From NCBI GenBank assembly GCA_013239625.1, contig MU053431.1:62001-126000 (forward strand): DNA of 64,000 bases, given 5' to 3'. The notes below the pieces were generated by a model. It ran no database searches. It had not been told where the DNA came from and worked only from the letters and a program-made list of their open reading frames with translations. The stretch is from Lama guanicoe. Lineage: Eukaryota. Of this stretch, positions 62,850 to 64,000 are shown piece by piece (the stretch's first letter is position 1; the number at the start of each line of letters is the position of its first letter). The position numbers and the translations under genes are program-made.

Positions 62850-64000
62850 TTGTTTCTGAAAATTTCCACGGCTGCACAACCTGCCACAAATTTAGATAAC
62901 CGTTTCTTTGTTCTTGAGCACTTAAGTCTTTTTCATTAGTATTTACCATTATAACTATCACATCTCTGACATCCTCATTCTTAATTTCTTTGTCTTCATC
63001 TGAGACTATTTCTCAGGATATTTTCCTGCAAGGTTGACAGCATCACGTCCTCTCTGCAGTGGACTCTGCTAGTTGACGCTCCCAGCTTTATGCATTCTCC
63101 AGTTCTCCTTTCCTGGGCCACAGTGAGCATCATAGCTTTCAGAATTCTTCCCAAGTTTCTTAGTGAGAAATAGTCTCTTGTTACTGAATTCACTTAGTTT
63201 CTAGTGAGTGTAAACATTTGCATTTTCTTTTGTGCTTACCTATCAGGTCTTTTGACTGTTTTTCATCGGGGTGCTATTTGTTCTCTTATTTAGGAGATCT
63301 CCTTCTGTGTTAGAATACAACCCAGATATTTTCTCCAGGTTATCACTTCCCTGTTAACTCTGTGATCATTCATGAATCCACATGGAATTTACTTTTGTGC
63401 AAGTCATGCAGTAGGAATCCAACTCTGTTTCATTCCTAAATGAGTCCCTAGTTGTCACATTGAAGAATCCACTTTTATGCTATTGATTTTAAACGTCACT
63501 TTTCTCACACAGACTATACCTGGGTTTGTTTCTAAACTTTTATTCTGTCCTCGTGTTCTCTGTGATTGTTCTGGGTAGTAACAGACTATTTTAACTTAGC
63601 GTACAAGATGTGTGGAGGTGCACTTGTGCTGTTACCCTCCCCACCCCCACCCCGTATCCTGCCTTCCCTCCCTCCGTCCCTCTCCATTTCTCTCTCTCTT
63701 TCTCTCTCTCATAACTTTTAGGCTGATCTTAAACATTTTTTCTTCTTAATAAACTTTAGAATCATGTTGTCAGGCTTCAGAAGACCTCATGTTAGGATTT
63801 CAATTGGAAATTTCATTTAATTTATAGTTTAATTTAAAAAGGTTTGATATTTTTACTGCATCATACCTTCTTGTTCAAGAATATGATGCATCTTTTTTAT
63901 GTCTTCATCATCTTTTATATTTATCAGTAAAGTTAAAATTTTTATAAAGTCCTGCACATTTCTTACTGAGATATCTCGAGCTGTGTTACATTTTTTGTAG
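62850..64000 (-). mobile_element. Old L1 fragment running off the window end
   Basis: 'aataaactttagaatcatgttgtc...ggatttcaattggaaatttcatttaatttatagtttaattt'. Confidence 0.7.

Noticed and set aside
1..64000. CRISPR arrays, rRNA, prokaryotic operons
   Set aside because: Mammalian repeat-rich DNA; no repeat-spacer arrays or rRNA-like sequence seen.

Overview
Mammalian genomic DNA, probably camelid: two tRNA-derived SINEs look like the camelid Vic-1 type. The window is dominated by old L1, L2, MIR, MaLR/ERV LTR and hAT (MER20/MER58) fragments, with one CpG-island promoter at ~17.6-18.7 kb. No intact, nameable protein-coding gene is visible. The main find lies at ~8.27-15.26 kb on the + strand. 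The non-repeat DNA between transposon insertions translates, with stops and frameshifts, into peptides matching Borna disease virus 1 (BoDV-1) L polymerase in colinear order from near the N-terminus to near the C-terminus. Examples: KQLTSNVRYA, PGCSQAERTA, MGE, MLSQGSAQV for ILGQGDNQT, LVLGSIG, RLPS..GYKNIL..LHAFS..DYT, C*YC..EEF, LERLDYTCF, RAIFTGIRQSV, KRITV. This is a near-full-span, heavily decayed endogenous bornavirus-like L element (EBLL). It is interrupted by MaLR, MER21, MIR-like, L2-like and ERV1 insertions, which implies a very old integration. The BoDV-1 comparison uses my recollection of the L sequence and needs tBLASTn/HMM confirmation. Downstream, a chain of + strand exon-like segments (20-62 kb), some frame-compatible and some disabled, suggests an unidentified decaying or fast-evolving gene. 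Several recent local duplications (478, 87 and 56 bp) are also present. Repeat subfamily names and boundaries were assigned by eye and are approximate.
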